64,000 bases of DNA from Eledone cirrhosa (Eukaryota), in the NCBI GenBank assembly GCA_964016885.1, contig OZ024741.1, positions 323,702,001 to 323,766,000 of the forward strand, written 5' to 3'. The notes under the pieces are model-generated. The model was not told the origin of the DNA, ran no database searches, and saw only the letters and a list, made by a program, of their open reading frames with translations. Made by a program: the position numbers and the translations under genes. Below, piece after piece: positions 58,919-64,000 of this stretch; within the stretch, counting starts at the first letter, position 1, and each line of letters begins with the position of its first letter.

Positions 58919-59323
58919 ATGTATATATATATATATATCTGTGTGTATGTGTGTGATAACTAATAAATCAATTTTTATTAATCTTACACGCGTTTCTATA
59001 AATGAAATAAAGAATAATGATAGCGTTAATTAAATATTCGCAATTAAGTAAGATCCCAGTAAATGGAAATACATCCATATCTTAATCCTCACGTTTAAAA
59101 AAGTTTTCCAGCACGAAGAATATTTAAAATATACATAAATTTTACAAGAGGTAAATCTCATAACATCATAAAAGGAAATATCATAACATCATAAAAGAAA
59201 ATATCATATGAAAATATCACAATATCATATTGATAACTGAAGAGAATACCGGTGTTAAAACAATGGAACGCTATTACATTGTTTCCTCAGTCCGATTTGA
59301 CGAAAGTCGATCGACTTTATTTA

Positions 59324-59367
<44 letters not shown>

Positions 59368-59379
59368 AGTATGTATGTA

Positions 59380-59935
59380 TGCGTACATACATATATGTAT
59401 ACAGACGTACAGTAATATGTATATATACACATACATATATATATATGCACGTATCGGTTTACCAAACATTTATTATAATGCTCGGTTTATTTGTTTGTAA
59501 ACAAACAAATAGCCCGAATTACGCCGTACAGTGTTTAGGCAACCACGTAACCTTTTTTTTTCTTTTTTTTTTGTTCAACACTGACACAGGACGATGTACT
59601 AGTTTCAAGCTTATTAGCTATCGTCAGCATCGTATACCTTCCTGCCAGATGGTTGAACGTCTGAAAGTATATACTTTCCTTATGCATATTAACGGCTGAG
59701 CAGCCTAATTTGCATATCGAGTGAGTTCAGTCGGCTGGGCGCACCGAAAACGATAAATGGAATAGAATGAAAGGAAATTTCATTTCTCACTCTTAGTACG
59801 GCACTTACTTAAATGTAAGTATGTATGTATGTATATGTACATACATATATGTATACAGACTAGAGTAGTATGTATATATATACATGCATGCACACATATA
59901 TATATGCACGTTTCGGTTTACCGAACATTTATTAT
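59380..59935 (-). mobile_element. Direct-repeat hammerhead element with intact ribozyme
   Basis: Homologous to 50890-51525. Ribozyme at 59591-59633. Confidence 0.75.
59591..59633 (-). ncRNA. Type I minimal hammerhead ribozyme
   Basis: ACGATG-CTGACGA-TAGCT AATA AGCTT-GAAA-CTAG-TA-CATCGT. 6-bp stem I and palindromic stem III. Confidence 0.85.
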
Positions 59936-60210
59936 TAATCTCGTTCACGATTTCACCGAATTTAAATTCATAGAAATCTGGGACTTGTCTCCTTCTTCCT
60001 CACTTTCTGTTGCCTCACCATTTTGTTTGTTTACCCTCGCGTCTCCTTTATTTACGTGTCCCAACGACTTTTTTTAGCCGTTGCTCGCACCAACCGGAGG
60101 TATATGGTCTTTAAAGCGATGAAATGCCTATGATAGTTGGAAGATCACTGATGAAGGACAAACTTTTTTCATATGTAACCCATTTGCAACTCCGCAGCGC
60201 CCTTATTATC

Positions 60211-60315
<105 letters not shown>

Positions 60316-60494
60316 GAAAAAGTATATATAAACCCGTAGAGCAAACATTTATTATTAGCATAGATTAAAGTTTAAGCAAATAATTTCTGCTTTCACCCTA
60401 TTATGTAACGATAGATATATTCCCGAGATCCTCAATAGGAAATGGTTATATATGTTGAAAGACATACACAAAATTATTGTCAAACGTAACTTAC

Positions 60495-60819
60495 CTGTAA
60501 CTGTACTGGTAGTGTTTGTTTTAAAATTTGGTACAATCATCATCATCCGAATGCCCGCCGGTATAGCATTCAATGGTATACAGTCTACTTTAACCCTTTT
60601 ACACTGTCCTTCCTTTTCAAGGCGTCGAAACACCAAGAGCCGTGTATTGTTCAGTGTGAAGTAATGTCCATCTTTCTGAGCCACCTGCAAACGTGCTCTG
60701 TCTAGATTTTGTACAAAATGTCTACTAGCTTCGATAATGTCACTTTCGTGTGTAATTTCTTCCACCGACTGCTGACCAGTACAACTGGTAAAATGGATAC
60801 TTGATGGTGACAAGAACAT
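60495..60819 (-). CDS. Coding exon of a host gene; putative ParB/sulfiredoxin-fold small protein
   Basis: Non-repetitive ORF MFLSPSSIHFT...LQVAQKDGHYFTLNNTRLLVFRRLEKEGQCKRVKV. Candidate acceptor TTTTTTACGTATAAG upstream (exon start 60832), ATG at 60819, and perfect donor CAG|GTAAGT at 60495 (phase 1). The domain call is from motif recall only. Confidence 0.65.
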
Positions 60820-61048
60820 TGTTTCCAATGTTCTTATACGTAAAAAAATTGTGAATTATATTTGGAGGTGGGAGAGATGGAGGGATGTAGGGACTGTTGG
60901 GAATTGTTAGGTGAGTGCAATACCTGGTGTTGCTATTATTTTTATTAACATTGATGATTATTTTAAATATATATTTTGTATGAACGCATAGTAAGGGCGT
61001 TTATTGATGATGTAAGAACGATGCAAAGGAGGAAGAAATATAAGGATT

Positions 61049-61104
<56 letters not shown>

Positions 61105-61775
61105 GATGAGAAGAAGTTAGCTAGGAAGATAGACAGGTACAGGTCGATAGACAGAGAGGTAGATAAACAGACAGGCAGACAGAAAGACAGGTAGAGAGAC
61201 AGATAGATAGACCACTCAATATTTTAAATCAAATGAATAATAGGAAATGTAATCCGGGAATTTGAGATACTGTGTGACGTCGCAGAAATGATTTCCAAAA
61301 TGAAGACACTTGGTTGCAATCTTTTTAGATCCGGTATTGGTGCCTCGTAGAGACAGCCTGAATATATATATATATTGGAATTCGTATGGAAACACAAAAA
61401 CTGGTGTTGCAATGCGAGTGCGAATATAATTCATATAATTTATTACCAGTATTATCCTAATGAAAGCATGAAGATTTTCGTAAAATTTCCCATAATTCTT
61501 GAGTTCCAAATTCTGAAATATTTCATTATAACATTCCTTTAGAAAATTTCAGTCTGCTCCCACACGTATATATGTGAGTTTAAATTCTGAAAATGAAATG
61601 TGTGTGTGTGTGGATGGATGTGTGTGTGTGTATGTGTATGTGTGTCACTGTGTATGTTTCTATCTATCATTAAATACAATGGTGGTTATATACACATACA
61701 CACTCATGTACATGCACACACACGCGCGTGCACACACCCATATATATATATATATATAATTATATTTATATCTAC

Positions 61776-61839
<64 letters not shown>

Positions 61840-62534
61840 CAGTCTCAATTTGATGAAACAGTACGTAGTAAATTCTACGAAAAGAGGCAAAATACCAAAA
61901 CCAGAAACTAAATTTTACTTGTTTTCCTTCAAATTAATTACCAGGATACTATAAAATTTGCTGTTTGTTATCAAGATGCAATTTTTCATTGGCAACAATA
62001 TACACATTTGAAAACAATTTCAGCTGCCATTGATAATTCTCAACATTTGGAATTCGCTCAAATATGATTTATTTGGTTAAAAGGTTCATAGATATTTGAC
62101 AAAATATTTACCGATAATTTTCAAGTAACGAACAGTTTAAATTATAATTATACAGAGAGCTTATACTATAATGTAATAGTCATGTCTTGTTTTCAATCTA
62201 TATGCAGTTTCCATTAGTTTTTAGACAATGTACAATAGTCAAATAAATTATACCCAGCATATATATATATATATTATATATATGTATGTATGTATATATT
62301 TATAGTGAGAAAGAGACACACAGATAAACAGATAGATATATAGAATGATATATATATATATATATATGTGCGTGTGTATATAAAATATCTTAGATTGTTT
62401 GAAAATATATATTTACAAGTCAAAAGATATTAACAAATAAGGCATAAAATGCGCGGGTTGATTCACGCCGTTGAATATCACTTGTCTTACATAGTAAGGT
62501 CTCTTATTTATGTATGTGTGTTTGTATGTATATA

Positions 62535-63335
<801 letters not shown>

Positions 63336-63649
63336 TGGATGGATATTTATCTGGCTCTAGGTTTATATATGTATATTTAAATCTTGTGCCAGTTTATGCG
63401 AGAACATTCCTTCTCTTTTTTTTGTATATGAAACTTCTGTTTTAATAGGATTTAAAAATGATATCTCTTAATATTTATGTTTTGCTTGTATGTGTTTGAA
63501 TTTGTTTTTCAATAATTTTCCGTTGTGCTTTTCTGTCCTGATTTTGGTAGCATTTGAGAAACCTAAACAGTTGCAAGACTGGGTGGCTGAATTTGACTAG
63601 AGAAACGGTTGTTGTAACTCCGTCGGTTCCAAAGGCGAATGTTTCAGTT

Positions 63650-63885
63650 GTTCGAATCACAGAACAGCCTGCTCGTTAAATTAACGTGAAAGAGGCTGAG
63701 CATTCCACAGATACGTGTACTCTCAACGCATTTCTTAGGGATATTCAGTGGCCATTTCAATTACAGATACAACTCATTTTCTTTTGGCCAGCTGAGTGGA
63801 ATGAGGCAGCGTGAAATAAAGTGTCTTTCCAAAAGACACAATGCGCCATCGAACACACTAACCCCTAAACCACACACGTTCACGA
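63650..63885 (-). mobile_element. SINE family B
   Basis: GAACAGCCTGCTCGTTAAATTAACGTG..GAGCATTCCACAGATACGTGTAC..CAGCTGAGTGGA..CGTGAAATAAAGTGTC. Confidence 0.75.
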
Positions 63886-64000
63886 CTGAAGAAACAACAC
63901 TGCTATACTTGAGTCAGTATACTTTCTGCTGCGGAGCCAAGCTTCTTGGATTTTATCTATATGAAGAAGAACAACCATGATGTTAAAAACTATACAAACT

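Noticed and set aside
59285-59320. GTCCGATTTGAC-GAAA-GTCGATCGAC hammerhead half (similar half at ~61864-61890)
   Set aside because: No CUGANGA box or stem I in register, so not callable.

Overview
AT-rich, repeat-dense eukaryotic DNA. The microsatellite load and SINE families suggest an octopus-like cephalopod, which is an inference. Most ORFs in the supplied track are translations of (TA)n, (CA)n, (GA)n or triplet repeats and are not genes. Recognisable elements: Tx1/L1-like, RTE, R4/Dong-like and CR1-like LINE fragments; three distinct Penelope-like elements (PLEs) with RT and/or GIY-YIG domains; two Helitrons with both termini; and many copies of two SINE families. Possible host features: one spliced exon encoding a ParB/sulfiredoxin-like domain (60495-60832, minus strand), a 3.8-kb poly-Thr ORF, and a pair of RFX X-box-like motifs. 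The most striking signal is a swarm of about a dozen sequence-unrelated short elements (0.2-0.6 kb) sitting in or beside (TA)n tracts. Each carries a type I hammerhead ribozyme motif. Most are minimal with a palindromic stem III, two carry a U3-A8 compensatory core, and many are arranged as fold-back palindromes, some folded exactly at ribozyme stem II. All alignments, translations and folds were done by eye, so boundaries are approximate.
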